Origin: Octopus vulgaris
Lineage: Eukaryota
Length of the DNA stretch: 64,000 nt
Assembly: GCA_951406725.2 (NCBI GenBank)
Contig: OX597815.1
Location: 41,168,001-41,232,000, forward strand
Reading direction: 5' to 3'
Shown here one piece after another: positions 38,650 to 52,377 of this stretch; the first letter of the stretch is position 1, and each line of letters begins with the position of its first letter. The translations under genes were made by a program, and so were the position numbers. The notes under the pieces were generated by a model. The model was not told the DNA's origin and did no database searches. It saw only the letters and a list, made by a program, of their open reading frames with translations.

Positions 38650-39040
38650 CACACACACACATATATACTACCTATGATTACCCATATTTATACCCCAAAC
38701 CACTGAGTATCTTAATAACTACTGGTCCAATTTACATGAAACTTGTTTTATTCCGTTCATATTCACATTTCAGGGGTTCTTTACTTTCAAAGTTTTTTCC
38801 TATTGTGCATCACTTTGGCTGGGTAACATTGCAAGCAAACAAGCAAGATTGAACTCCACTATTGATAGTATATAGATATATGGTGCAGGCATGGCTGTGT
38901 GTTAAGAAGCTTGCTTCCCAACCATATGGTTCTGGGTTCAGTCCTACTGCGTGGCACCTTGGGCAAGTGTCTTTTACTATAGCCTTAGGCTGACCAAAGC
39001 CTTGTGAGTGGATTTGCTAGATGGAAACTGAAAGAAGGCT

Positions 39041-39092
<52 letters not shown>

Positions 39093-40247
39093 TATTAGAT
39101 ATATAAAGAATATTAATACTCATGAGATATGTTAATGTTAGTGGCTGCAAGCTAAAACCATATAGGCAAAATTAATAGATATATATAAAAGAATCATATA
39201 TAACAAGAGTGCTTTTATTGAAAACACCAGCTTTGCTAAAAATAGGAGTCAAATACTCTGAAGCCACAAAAATTAACACTATATTTCCACAAGTATGGTT
39301 GGAAAAAACTAAGGAAAATAAGGATTGCATCTTACCTCTGAAAATTTGCAAGTTAACTGACATTCGTTCTTGCAGATAAGATTTAACATTCAAAACAGCC
39401 TCCCCTCACTTCCCCTGAATCCTAACCAACAAACTATATTTAGTTCATTTCAAAACTAGCTGGTGGACAGACCCTGAATGAAGTTGCATAGAAGGTTATG
39501 CCTGGTTGCATGTGCACCTGCCCATACTCTGTGCAGTGAAAACACATGTAGGTTGTAATAACCATAAAAATATGCTATATGAACTTGTAAAATAGAAAGA
39601 AACAAATTTTGAGGGTGAATTAGTCTCCATATTTTATATTATAATTATTGTTTTGAACCATGGCTCTTAGATTTTCCCAGTTCAGAACCATGACCTAATG
39701 TATCTCCATAAAAGGAAGTGGATTACCATAAAATGTATTAACATCTCTATGGGAATGAAGCTTGACCAGCTGGTACTGGCTGACTTACTGTGGTCAAAAT
39801 GGCAAACTTCAAATGAAGTGTGCAAGCTTTCCTGCAAAAGGTTCTAGAAAGATAACTTACAGTTGTAAAAAGCAGGCAAATTCAATCCCAGACTAGAGAG
39901 CCACTCAGCTATCTCGAGAAATCTATGTCACTTATCTCAGTGAGTTGATCTCCCTGCCTTTTTCATTTTTCTCATGTAACAGTCTTATGTCATTCTCCAT
40001 AAAAGGCACCAACCTTAACTTGTAGTGTTGAGTAACACACATTAATTATATGCAGTAATTTAAAATTTCTTCTGCTTGTTTCATCTTCAAAGACTATGCA
40101 CTACTTTCATTATATCATCTTGCATGTTATATTGCAGAAAACACAATATGCCTAGGGAGAGTCATTTTCTGAAAAGGTTGCAAGACGCAACGAAAATTTT
40201 AGGAAAAAATATGAAATAAGTGGAAATTTTATTCCATTGTTAGTAGG

Positions 40248-40640
40248 AGTGGCTGTGTGGTAAGTAGCTTGCTTACCAACCACATGGTTCCGGGTTCTGT
40301 CCCACCTCGTGGCACCTTGGACAAGTGTCTTCTACTATAGCCTCGGGCCTACCAAAGCCTTGTGAGTGGATTTAGTAGACAGAAGCTGAAAGAAGCCTGC
40401 CGTATATAGATATGTATGTGTGCGTATATGTTGGTGTGTCTGTGTTTGTCCCCCCCACCCCACCCAACATCGCTTGACAACCGATGCTGGTGTGTTTACG
40501 TCCCCGTAACATAGCAGTTCGGCAAAAGAGTTCGATAGAATATGTGCTAGGCTTACAAAGAATAAGTCCTGGGATCGATTTGCTCGACTATAGGCGGTAC
40601 TCCAGCATGGCCGCAGTCAAATGACTGAAACAAGTAAAAG
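40248..40640 (+). mobile_element. CORE-type SINE, part of a segmental duplication with 2544-3112
   Basis: Shares flanks and private variants with the 2558 copy. Confidence 0.9.
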
Positions 40641-42056
40641 TAAAAAAAGTTTTTTGTTACACACACACACACACACACACAATAAATGTTGTAAATTTTA
40701 TTAAAATATATTTGGAGTAATGCAACATTTATGTGATTAGGAACTCAATACGTTAAAGAGAATGAATAGATATATTTATGTTGATATATCCACAGTTGTC
40801 CTCAATTCAAATGGCGTTTTCATGTGTGTATGGCGTTTTACATACACACATGAATTAGGTAAGAACAAATATGCAAGGCTTTTTTTTCTTCAAGTTTAAA
40901 ATGGGACATTGCTGGATTAATTTCGTTATATCTATTACTCCACAACCAAAGGAAATACCCGAAGTGAAATGTCTCGACCTTATCGAGCTATATCGAAGGA
41001 ATGCCATGCTATTAAGACGGCTCTATATGAAACCATTATCACTAAAAACAGAACTTTTATAACTGGGATAATTCAGCCTCTCACTTTAAGATGTTATACA
41101 GAGCAACCAAAATCTGTCCAGCAAGCAACAAAAGTAATGTGTATGTTGTTTACATTCTCTGCAGTGTACTCTTATAGGGTAATGAGACTTAAGCTACATG
41201 TTGTAGAGTTTAACAACACCAATATATTGTCCTCCAGGGATTGCTTACAAAATGTAAACATCACGATACGAGTAAAAGAAAACCCAACTTTGAATATTCA
41301 AGGGAGACAAACTTTATATTTACCTCCCCTCGATTGATTTTCTTCAAAATTTTAGTGTAAGTAAAAAGGATTATTAAAGCTTTACATAGATAGGTAATTA
41401 TCGGTTTATAATTATTTTGTTAAGATTTTTCTTATTAATGATTGAATTTTGAAATTTAACGAAGATGTAGAGAGCCAGAAAACCTCCATTTTCTTGAAAA
41501 TTAATTAAAATTAGAATTTTTTAAATTTTACTTTTAATTCCTGACTAAACAAAAACTTTGCCTCAAGCAAAAGTTAGATAGGTTTACAAATTTCTTTATG
41601 GCATTTTTCACCTTTTTATATGTATGTATGTATGTATGTATGTGTGTGTGTGTGTGAGTGTACGTGCGTGCGTGCGTATGTGTGTATGTATGTGTGTGTG
41701 TGCGTGCGTGCGTGCGTGTGTTTTTGGGTGTGGGTGTATAAATGCATGTAATTATGTATATTAATGTTTCTTTTTCTGTCAAGCAAATCAAATCCTTAAA
41801 GTCAGTTACTGTCAACCTTTTCCTTGTAAAAATTTAACAAATACATTCAGCGTTAGGAAGGGCATCCAGCAGTAGAAACATTACCAGATCAGATTGGATC
41901 CTGGTGCAGCCACAGGCTCTCCAGACCTCAGTGAAACCGTCCAACCCATGCCAGTATGGAAAACAGACGTTAAACGATGATTATGATAATTTACACACAC
42001 ATTCTCACTGACACACACACTATTCTGTCTTCTCTTAACTCAAGCTGACAGGAGAG

Positions 42057-42226
42057 CAGGCCCACCATGGTGCCTGGGGTTGCTTCGGAATATTCTGAGT
42101 GGGCACTAATTTATATCAATGCTAAAGCAGAATTTCAAAATAAGTGTATCACTATAAATCTGAGGGTGCATCATTGAATAGTGAGGGGGCAGTGCCATCC
42201 AGTGCACCTCCTTAGTGACGGGCATG
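42057..42226. mobile_element. Old hAT-type MITE
   Basis: CAGGCCC...GGGCATG ends; 8-bp TSD CAGGAGAG/TGGGAGAG. Confidence 0.55.
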
Positions 42227-43989
42227 TGGGAGAGCCCCTATAGTGCCCTTGATTAGAAATAAAAATCCCATCTCCATCAAATCACACCCTAATCTCATAA
42301 AAACTAACATAATGAATAGTGTTGTTCTAGATGCACTATTTTTGAAAAGAAGGCATAAATAGAAAGCCTTTGATTATAAGTCTGCTAATCAGAGCTAACT
42401 GAGGCAAAACAATACTGTGGTACAGCATGGGTTTTGGCTGCCCTCTACCTTAAATATAACATAGCTTCAACTACGGCAAACACCTCTATAAAGTGGCCAC
42501 CCTGTGCAGTCTACACACACCACATACCCCAAACTAAACCACTGACACCATAACAATTAACTGAATATTTAGTGATCAAAATCCTATACAATTGTCATAT
42601 TTTCTGACATACAAGTCAAATTTTTCAGACCAAAATTTATGTCCGTAAAAAGCTAAGTCAACTTATACTCAAAAACAACTTTGGAAGAGCAAAAATTCCA
42701 TGTGAAATGCAGCAGGGTTTGGAAAGATAGTGACAATTTTTGAATCACAGACTAATATTATGAATCACTGATTTTTTAATCACTGACTAATATTATGTTT
42801 ATTAGTTTCCTCACAAATTACAAGTGTTAACTCCAGACAGGTTTTTATCTTATTCTGGCTTCAACAGTAACAAAGTATAGTCTCACAACCTTTGTTCAGT
42901 AGTTTGCAAGCATAATTTTTTTATTATTTATCCTTTTATTTTTTTATAGCAATATGAGGTAACCCTTCCCATTACTTATGCATATGCACAAACTAACACA
43001 TACATATATGATATATGTAGCAGGAGAGAGAGATATGTAAGTTTCAAGTAAGCTGAAACCAAATTTGGTTTTGTATCTATTTCACATCTAATTCCATTGG
43101 GATGGACAAATGTCAGTTTCTCTCACCCCTACTCCTTCAAAATATTTGACCTTGTGCCTATGTGACCTTCTATCATTTCTAAAGAAACCAAACTAAAATT
43201 TAGAATATTTTGTATTTCATCTTTATTCATAAGTCTGCGGAAAAATAGCAGTGCCTGTAGTCTTATAAGAATCTCTAAATCTTGTTGCATAATGTATCTA
43301 GTGACAAGCGTGCAATGTATATAAGAGAAGTTTGAATGTAACGTAGTTAATATCTAATTGAATAGTCGCAAATTAATTTTAGAAAGGAATATCTTGGAAT
43401 TGCAAAAGGTTTTGGTTTTGAGAAGAAATGTTACCAAAATGATCAAAAAGATGTACGTGTGGTGAGCTCAGTAGAGGTGACAGAGAAAAAGAAGTTGTTT
43501 AGTCCCAGGTCAGCTCTTAATGAGCATAATTATACAGAAAAATGTTCCTGTCATGACATTGATGATTTTATTCTGGTATTGTATGTTTTCTCTTTGTTTC
43601 AAGATGATAAGATCTGATTTAAAAGATATTTAACCAATATTTCTTGTAAGTTGGACAACCATGTAGATAAATATTTGATGACTTGAGGTAAAGTGATAGA
43701 TATATTGAAGAGAGGTAGAGGGAAATAAGTTGGTATACAATCAGCAATAGGACATGAAATAAAGAACTGAACTGGTGTTATAAGATAATGGTTAGAAGGT
43801 TCACATAGTAACCAAAGCTCTCTGAGGTTAGTCAACAACTAACTTAATGTTTGGTAAGACAAATATTAAGTTAGTTGATATTTATTAATGACTACAGCCA
43901 TAATTAATCAAAATGGAAATAAATACAGATAATTGAGCTGAGCCTATTCATGCTTATTTTGAAGAGCCTAAATTGTGTAGGAAGCAAAA

Positions 43990-45290
43990 TAGAGTCGTCG
44001 TCGTCTGCCTTCAGCTTTGAGGACTTCTTCAATGTGGAACCAGAACTGTTGACATGCCTGCATGGAATGCTCTTCATCCGTTTCAGACATCATCTGGATA
44101 ATGGAAGCCTTCAGTAAAGCTATGATATTGTGAGGATGTCAATTAGTCTCCCTTCCAACAACACTACAGAATTATGGAAGCTACAAGTTTGGTGTTACAT
44201 CAAGATTATCTGACTGACATCCATTCTTGGGTTATGTGGTGTGAGAAGGTGCTGAGACTTATTGACATCCTTATAATCTTCTGTACTTCATCCATTCAGA
44301 GCTTAACAACTGTCTCCAGCATCTCAGCATATCCAGTAGCATTAATTCTAAGATTTTGTGGAAAGATATGAGGTGGCATGTCATGACTTTCATTACTCAC
44401 CATTCCTAAAACCAATTATAGTTGTTAGAAACTTAATGTGCATCACTCTAGGTAACAACAGAATAATCTGCATATAACCATCTATCATTTCTATTAGATT
44501 TTTGATTTTGGTTAAAGTTTGGGTGGAATTATGCTTTAAGCATCCTATAACTTTTGGGGTGGGTGGGAATTTTCAGAAAACTTTTGCAAATCTGTGTTCT
44601 ACACACAGGAATTTTTGTGATTAAGCAAAACACAGAAAAACATTTTGGTGCATGATCTAAGGCTATTTAGCTGTTATTTTTAGCACATGTCACAACCACC
44701 TCATACCTTTCTCACTAGTAATTTTCTGAAAATTCCACATAAGAAAAAGGGTTATGAGGGCTTATATGACATACTTAAACCAGTATTCAGTCAAGTTTTT
44801 TCATCGGAGAAGAACCAAAGTCTACCATGTTTGTAAGGTTTTAAACCATGCTAAGTAACTGGTTGGCAAAGAGCAAGCAGCTTTCCTGTGTCTTTGCAGA
44901 TATAAATTAGTCTCTCTTAAGTAAATAAAACTTGTATCACATATCTTTATGCATCACATTTCTGATAATCAGCTTCAACACCTGAAGTTCTTTGACAATG
45001 ATTCTTATTGACTTTCTAGGGATCATCATCAATAATGTTTTGAAGCTATTGGATGAATTCTAGTGTCCTTGTAGTGTCTAAACATCTAGAATGTTCTTTT
45101 TCTTTCATACAGTCGAAACATTCACACTAGAGGCTTCCAATTTCATATGAAATTTGTGTACAAAAGTTCTTACTACATTTAGAAAGTTGGCCATTTATAA
45201 CTTGTTCTGTTCTGCACATGTGGGGACAATGACTTTATGTCTTATCATTTCTTGTGTTAGCATTTCATCTGCTATGGAGGATCTAAAAGA
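43990..45290 (-). mobile_element. Highly degraded Tc1/mariner-superfamily transposase, interrupted at ~44520-44775
   Basis: Manual translation EFIQ*LQNIIDDDPRKSIRIIVKELQV; many stops. Confidence 0.5.
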
Positions 45291-45489
45291 AATAAAAAAT
45301 CTTTTAATGATAATTAAGTAGCCTCAAATATTCTTCATACCTGTTTATATAAATATATGTGTGTGTGTGTGTATGCCATTATTCAGTTTTATTCCAAGAT
45401 TTCTTGCCAATAGAGAAAGAGCCATTTTCTAACCTAGATCCAAGGCTCCTTCATTGTAATTTCAACAACTTGTATGTATGTATGTATGT

Positions 45490-45860
45490 GTGAAGGGTCT
45501 TCCTTTGATGCTGACATGTAATGTCTGTGCAAGACCCTGCCTCAGTAAAGCTGGACTCAAGAGTCATCTTCGTAGTCATAAAGCGAGACAGATGAGTGAC
45601 AACCTGGCCACTGGTGGTGGTGTAACACACCATACTAATCATATCTGTCGGGCATGTGGAAGAGAGTGTAATTCGGCAGGAGGACTTAAAAGAACATGCA
45701 AAGGTACATGAAGCCCAGTTACAACTACAGCCGGCTATTACCGGTAAAGGTATTAGTTGCCAATTCTGTACAAGACATTGTAGATCTTTAGCTGGGCTAA
45801 AAAGTCACATTTAATCACAGCTTTGTGCAATGGCCATACTCGATAATGAGGGGGCAGCCA
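45490..45860 (+). mobile_element. RTE-type LINE 3' end with tandem C2H2 fingers
   Basis: CNVCARPCLSKAGLKSHLRSH, CRACGRECNSAGGL, CQFCTRHCRSLAGLKSH; degenerate, (TAA/TGA)n tail. Confidence 0.6.
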
Positions 45861-45904
45861 TAATGATAATGTATGTATGTATGTATGTATCTATCTATCT
45901 ATCA

Positions 45905-46487
45905 TCACGCCTCCTTCCTTCAAATAGGAAGGAAGAGCTATTTTCATCATACTTGTTGCTATGGCGAAAGAATGTATCTGGTGGACATGTCTGAAAGGAT
46001 TAGAGACAAACGCTTTCCTCTCTGGTCAATCTCTCATCAACTTCTTCAAGTATCACTTGAAAAGGAAAATGAGAGTAGAAAGGCAAGTTTTGTCTAGCGA
46101 ATGTTTAAAAAAAAGATGGGTGAATGTAACAAGGATAGCACGTATGAATGACGAAGCCATCTTGAGTATGATCCTATGAACCCAGAAAAATTTTAAACAG
46201 AGAGTTACTTGCAAATAAATGTGTTAAAATGTGACATTATTGACCGAGGTTACCATGGTCTTTTCTGTAGGCTTTTCTTTCCATTTTATCTGTTTACCCC
46301 TTTATACTTTACATCATGACATTTCTGTGATACACGATCCCTATTGATCGTTTTTTTTCTTCTTTCTTTTTTACGATCCCTTTGATCGAAAAACCTACCC
46401 CACTTTTTTTTTCCCCAAAAAAAAGAAAAGCTCTCCTTTGTAATTTGTCCCGTCTGTGTTCAGCCCTGTGTGGCTAATAAAGAAACA
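45905..46487 (+). mobile_element. L1/Tx1-like LINE 3' end plus 3' UTR
   Basis: AKECIWWT..LINFFKYHLKRKMRVE...KRW resembles the Tx1/L1 ORF2 C-terminus; T-rich UTR ending AATAAAGAAA. Confidence 0.6.
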
Positions 46488-47204
46488 TATCTATCTATCT
46501 ATGCATCTATGTATGTATGCATGTCTATATGCATGTAGGCATGCATGCATGTGTATGTATACACACAGATGCACATGCAAATACTGTAGACCAGGTTAGC
46601 AAAGACTCACCAACATACTAGCTCAGAACGTCCTATCTCTGTTTCATTAATCACTACAACAAAAGCTCCTATTCTCTGAACTAATTGCATATCCCATAGA
46701 TCTAGATCAACCTAGCACACACAGTTCTCCTCCTTTCTTCTACTTTGTCTTGTCCTCCTTAACTTTATACTTTTAACTCCAGGATCGGAAATCTCTTCCT
46801 ACCCACATTTTGTCCAGACAAGCAGTCACACAGTACATCAAGTGTATCAGTCTCACAAGTCTTAGAAGATCTACAAGGTCATGGACCACTACTCCTCCAT
46901 TCTGAGTAAACCATTGAAATAATATATTCAATGTCTAGACTTATTATTTCCCTTGTGAATGGCCTTCACATCACAGGTTTTATAAGCATTTAAGCAATGG
47001 GTAATTTCTCAAGAATATTACAAACTGTTCTAAATTTAATAACTTCAATAGTCAGATAATTTACAAAACTGTTTTTCTAAATCTCTAAAATAAGGATTAA
47101 GCAGCTGAACCAGAACCCTTATAAAAATATAATAAATTTAAACTAACTGAATAAGTACAACAAATACATACAAACACATACATATATCTATATCTCTATA
47201 TATC

Positions 47205-47255
<51 letters not shown>

Positions 47256-47746
47256 ATGTATACATGTGTGTATGTGTGTGCGCGTGTGCGTACATGTAAA
47301 TATGCATATGTGTATATACATACATATATATATATATGTATATATATATGTAAACACACACAAACACACACACACACATACACACACAACATGCATGCAC
47401 ACATATGTGGATATAATTTATTTTTGTAGCAAGCAACTCTAAATGCTCACGAATGATAAGTAGAAAACATGTAAGTATAGATGTCAAGTTCAACATCTAA
47501 ATTTGTATCAATTTACAAATAGATTTCATAATTAGCATTTGAAATGGGAGGAAAAAAGAATAAATGTAATATCAATGATTGCTGGTTACAATGTCCATTT
47601 TTAATAATTACTAAATATGAATTGTAATTTCAAATTTTCTATCTAAAATGGGAACTATTTTAAGTGCAAAATAATAAATTATAAGCAACAGTAAAATTTT
47701 TGCAGAAGTTATCAGTGCAAAAAATAAGATAGAATTATTATCTATA

Positions 47747-48905
47747 GGTGCAGGAGTGGCTGTGTCGTAAGAAGCTTGCTTCTCAACCACATAGTTCCGG
47801 GTTTAGTCCCACTGCATGGCACCTTGGACAAGTGTCTTCTACTATAGCCTCAGCCAACCAAAGCCTTGTGAGTGGATTTGGTAGGCAGAAACTTATTTAT
47901 GGGTGCAGAAGTGGCTGTGTGGTAAGTAGCTTGCTTACGAACCACATGGTTCCAGGTTCAGTCCCACTGCATGGCACCTTGGGCAAGTGTCTTCTACTAT
48001 AGCCTTGAGTCCACCAAAGCCTTGTGAGTGGATCTGGTAGATGGAAACTGAAAGAAGCCTGTAGTATATATTTATATATGCGTGTATGTATATGTTTGTG
48101 TGTCTGTGTCTGTCCCCCCAACATCGCTTGACAACTGATGGTGGTGTGTTTACGTCCCCATCACTTAGCGATTTGGCAAGAGAGACTGATAGAATGAGTA
48201 CTAGGCTTACAAAGAATAATTCCTGGGTTTGATTTATTCAACTAAAGGCGATGCTCCAGCATGGCCACAGTCAAATGACTGAAACAAGTAAAAGAATATC
48301 AAGGTATACAATTAGCAAATGCTGATTTTCTAAACATTTGGAAAATGTTCAAATTATTCATTTTTATATTTGTAGAAAAATTTTTCATTAAAATTATTAA
48401 ATATGTAGAGAGTGTTGTCAAGTTGAACAAAATTTACATCAGAAACACCTGCTGCTGAACACAAATCTAGAAAGAAGAGAATGGAGTTGTATAGAAGTAT
48501 ATATATATCTTTATCTTCTCTTTTATCTTTTACTTGTTTCAGTCATTTGACTGTGGCCATGCTGGGGCACCACCTTGAAGAGTTTTTAGTCAAATTCATC
48601 GACCCCAGTAATTATTTTCTTTTTAAGCCTGGCACTTATTCTATCAGTCTCTTTTGCCAAACTGCTAGGTTGCAGAGACGTAAACACACCAACACTGGCT
48701 GTCAAGCGGTAATGGGGAACAAACACAGACACAACGATGCACACACACACTTTATATATATATATGTATATACAATAGGCTTCTTTCAGTTTCTGTCTAC
48801 CAAATTCTCTCACAAGGCTTTGATCAACCCAAGACTATTGTAGAAGACACTTGCCCAAGGTGCCCTGCAGTGGGAATGAACCCAGAACCATGTGGATAGG
48901 AAGCA
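47747..48905. mobile_element. Cluster of CORE-type SINEs (47747-47890 +, 47902-48296 +, 48525-48905 -)
   Basis: Family match with CpG-decayed positions. Confidence 0.85.
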
Positions 48906-49379
48906 ACATACATACATACATATATATATATATATGACTGCACCCTCATTACACGAGAAAAGCCATTGCCAAGAAGACTTACTGAAATGGTTCATGATTG
49001 TTGCCATGTGATGCCCTTATATGACTTTTAAGCCCAGCTAAGCATTTACGCATTTTATTACATACTAGACAACTGTGCTGGCTGGCAGGAGAAACAGGTG
49101 CCACCATATGCACTCTCTTAACATGTCGTTTTGAACCTCCAACTAAGAGGCACACCCTTGCACATTTTATACACGTTCTGTTATGAATTTTAATGGCGAC
49201 ATCATTGTTTATTATGGGTCAATTTCTATGAGAATTTTGATGGCTCAACAGGCCTGCACAACTCAAGCATTTCCGCCTACAAACCACACACATAAAAAGC
49301 AACACTCTCTCACTTTCCACAGGTTCTCCCCTCCTAATTCTCTCATATTTCACTCTCTCCCTCTCAAACCTTGAACAAC

Positions 49380-49860
49380 CATCATGCACTATCTTCCTCC
49401 ATCAATCATGATCTTGTGCCTCCCTCTCCCAGTTACCAGCTGCAATTCCTGTCTGTATTAGAGCATTTTTAAGGCAATCCTTAAACCTTAGTTTAGGCTT
49501 ATCTGCTGGTCTCCTGCCATCTTCCAGTTCACCATACAATAGCTTCTTGGGCAGTACTCATCACTCATCCTTACCAAATGTTCCCTTCACCTCAAATGTC
49601 TTTGCAAAATCATTGACTCTATACTTCTACTGCCACTCTTCTCAAGCACCTCCACATTACTAATGGGCATTTTCCAGTTTATCTCCAAAATTTTTCTCAG
49701 ACAGTATTGATGAAAATGTTCCAATTGCCTTACCTGCCCATGGTAAACAACCCATGCCTCACTTCCATATAACAAAGATGGGAGGATGCATGTGTTATAT
49801 ACCTTAACTTTAATTTGTGAAGATATATTATGTTGTTTCCACAGATGCCTATATAAAGGG
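49380..49860 (-). mobile_element. RTE (BovB-like) RT C-terminal fragment
   Basis: KVKVYNTCILPSLLYGSEAW..LEHFHQYCLRKIL.I.W..ISNVEVL; PKKLLYGEL..GRR...KPKLRFKD. Confidence 0.8.
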
Positions 49861-50026
49861 GTTGAGTTCAATTTCATCCTTTTACTTTGATAGGGTCCAA
49901 TCTAGCTTACAATTTTACAAGTATAAGTTGTGTTATGAGCAATTATAGAACATGTATCCTATATAAACTCAACAAACAATTAAAGATGGAGAAGAGATGT
50001 TAAAAGTTTTATAAAATTTTAATCCA

Positions 50027-50137
50027 TGTATACGATCGTTTCGAATGGTAACACCATGTAAGAAACATGGAAAAAATTAATTAATTATAATTATAATTAA
50101 ATTAAATTAATTACATATCACCATTCTCCTCAGTGCA
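50027..50137 (-). ncRNA. Type I hammerhead ribozyme-like motif with an extended stem II
   Basis: TGCA-CTGAGGA-GAATGGTGATA..(AT-rich loop)..TGTTACCATTC-GAAA-CGATCG-TA-TACA. Confidence 0.5.
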
Positions 50138-50307
50138 AAAAGAAGAATGCATCAGAAAGATTAAATCAGAAGAATATCATGTTGTTACAGAAGTCTATAT
50201 GGAGTCCGTGTCACATAATTCATTTGGATATTCATAAAATGATTATGAAAGATTAAATATAATAACATGCTTAGGTAGTATTGAATCTAGTTGCGTAAGA
50301 ACTAAAA

Positions 50308-50700
50308 CTGTGTGGTAAGTAGCTTGCTTACCAACTACATGGTTCCAGGTTCAGTCCCACTGCGTGGCACCTTGGGCAACTCTCTACTACTTTCACCTCG
50401 GGCTGACCAAATCCTTGTGAGTGGATTTGGTTGACGGAAACTGTAAGAAGCCCGTCGTATATATGTATATATATATGTATGTGTGTGTGTATATATGTTT
50501 GTGTCTAAGTTTGTTGCCCCAACATAGCTTGACAACCAAAGCTGGTGTGTTTACATTCCTGTAACTTAGCAGTTTGGCAAGAGAGACCGATAGAATAAGT
50601 ACTAGGCTTACAAAGAATAAGTCCTGGGGTTGATTTGCTTGACTAAAGGCGGTGCTCCAGCATGGCCACAGTCAAATGACTGAAACAAGTAAAAGAGTAA
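50308..50700 (+). mobile_element. CORE-type SINE
   Basis: Family match. Confidence 0.85.
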
Positions 50701-50781
50701 AAAGTGTAAAGAGTATATGCTTATATGCATATACATCTATACACACACACACACACTCGCATATATATAAGGCAACCAGTG

Positions 50782-50989
50782 CGTTAGGAAACGCCTACAT
50801 TGCTAGAAATAAGAGTTAAACCACCCTAATGTTGTAGTTAAAGCACATGAATGTAAACATATACACTAAAATGGACCATAATCATCCAAAAAGTGCCAAT
50901 TAAGAATTCTTAATACAGACATGTGTGCTTAAACTACAGCATTAGAGTTATTTAGCTCTTATTCCTAGCAATGTAGGTGTTTCCTAACA
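50782..50989. repeat. Foldback/MITE-like inverted repeat
   Basis: GTTAGGAAACGCCTACATTGCTAG... / ...CTAGCAATGTAGGTGTTTCCTAAC. Confidence 0.7.
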
Positions 50990-51552
50990 TCCTAGTTGCA
51001 TTTAGTGACATTTGTAATTCTCCTTTTTGGTGAAACATTGCAAACTGTTGTTTATATTAATTCCGTGTGTGTGTGTGTGTGTATACATACATATACACAC
51101 ATATACAAATGTATATCTGTGTGTGTGTTTGTATACATTTGTATCCTGCCTCGGCTACATTTGCTGTCACTCCCCTATACCTGTTGATCACCATCTGTCT
51201 TTCACCCATTTCCTCATTCACTTCAGTCATCTCATCCCTCTATCACTCATACACCCACTTCTTTTATTTCTTCACAACCTTGTGGACTATGAACGACTTC
51301 CTTTCATATCACCCTCCATCATTCTACCTTTCACCATCCTTCACTAGGTCTGTGTAGGAGAGGCTGTACTGGTCTATCCTCATCATTTTATCTATGTCCA
51401 CCTTCCCTCTTTGATACATCTCCCTATTCCAGTTAAAAACCACCCTATCATTTACATTTCCCCTCTCACCACATGTAATGGTTGCTCACTCACTGCCATC
51501 TGTCACTCCCTTTCTGTCAAAACCCCATTTGAATTCTTTCCAACTTCATCTA

Positions 51553-52377
51553 CAGTCATGGCCAAAAGTTTGGAACATAGGTCTAAAAAATAGAATTTGT
51601 ATATTATATGCCCGAAGTCATATTTTATTTATAATATATTATCACTTGGCCAAAAGTTTGGAACATAGGTTTGAAAATTAGAATTTTTATATTAAATACC
51701 CAAAGTTATATTTAACTAGCAGTATCGCCCGGCGTTGCTCGGGTTTGTAAGGGAAATAACTATATAAGCATTTTTAGAGAGTTACTTCCCTTATAGATGC
51801 CAATTCGGGCTTTCTTAGCCATTTCTGTTTTGGTGTCTTCAAGCCATGAAGTCGTTCTAAAAGAACGCTGGTCTCCTTGACAACGCTTTACGACGTTGAT
51901 TTCCTTACACTCCCTTCCCCACAGCTTCACGACGGAGGGAAGAAGGGGGAAAAGCAACACAGGTGCAGGTGTGACCATGGACGCCAACTCCGCCACCATC
52001 GATACACGAAAAATTATGCATTAAATGGAATAAAAAATGATGTTAAATTATTTTTAAAATCGTAGACTCATTGTAGACGCGCGCTAATACCCAGACGGGC
52101 TCGATATGAATCACGACTATAAGATACCCGAATTTGGTTAAACTGCACCGCAAAATGTGGGAGTAGTTAGGAATCTAAATCGAAGGGGACAGACACTCTC
52201 ACAACTACAGTTTTATATATATAGATTTGCAATATATTATTGCTTGGTCAATATAGGCCTGAAAATTAGAATTTTTATATGCCTAAATATATATGTTGTA
52301 TATATTTAAATTGAATTGTACTTGGGCATAACAATTTTAATTTTTTTTAAATGGTTCCAAACTTTTGGCCACAACTG
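51553..52377. mobile_element. Tc1-like MITE with TA TSD, containing a nested Helitron
   Basis: TA-CAGTCATGGCCAAAAGTTTGGAAC ... GTTCCAAACTTTTGGCCACAACTG-TA. Confidence 0.8.
51716..52225 (-). mobile_element. Non-autonomous Helitron with an extra ~210-bp internal segment
   Basis: TC 5' end, hairpin plus CTAG 3' end, A^T site; same family as 5583. Confidence 0.85.

Noticed and set aside
39336-39421. Minus-strand exon-like segment with AG/GTAAGA boundaries
   Set aside because: Stops in all three frames; no other support
45478-45830. Host C2H2 zinc-finger gene
   Set aside because: No TGEKP linkers, degenerate, and ends like an RTE 3' tail
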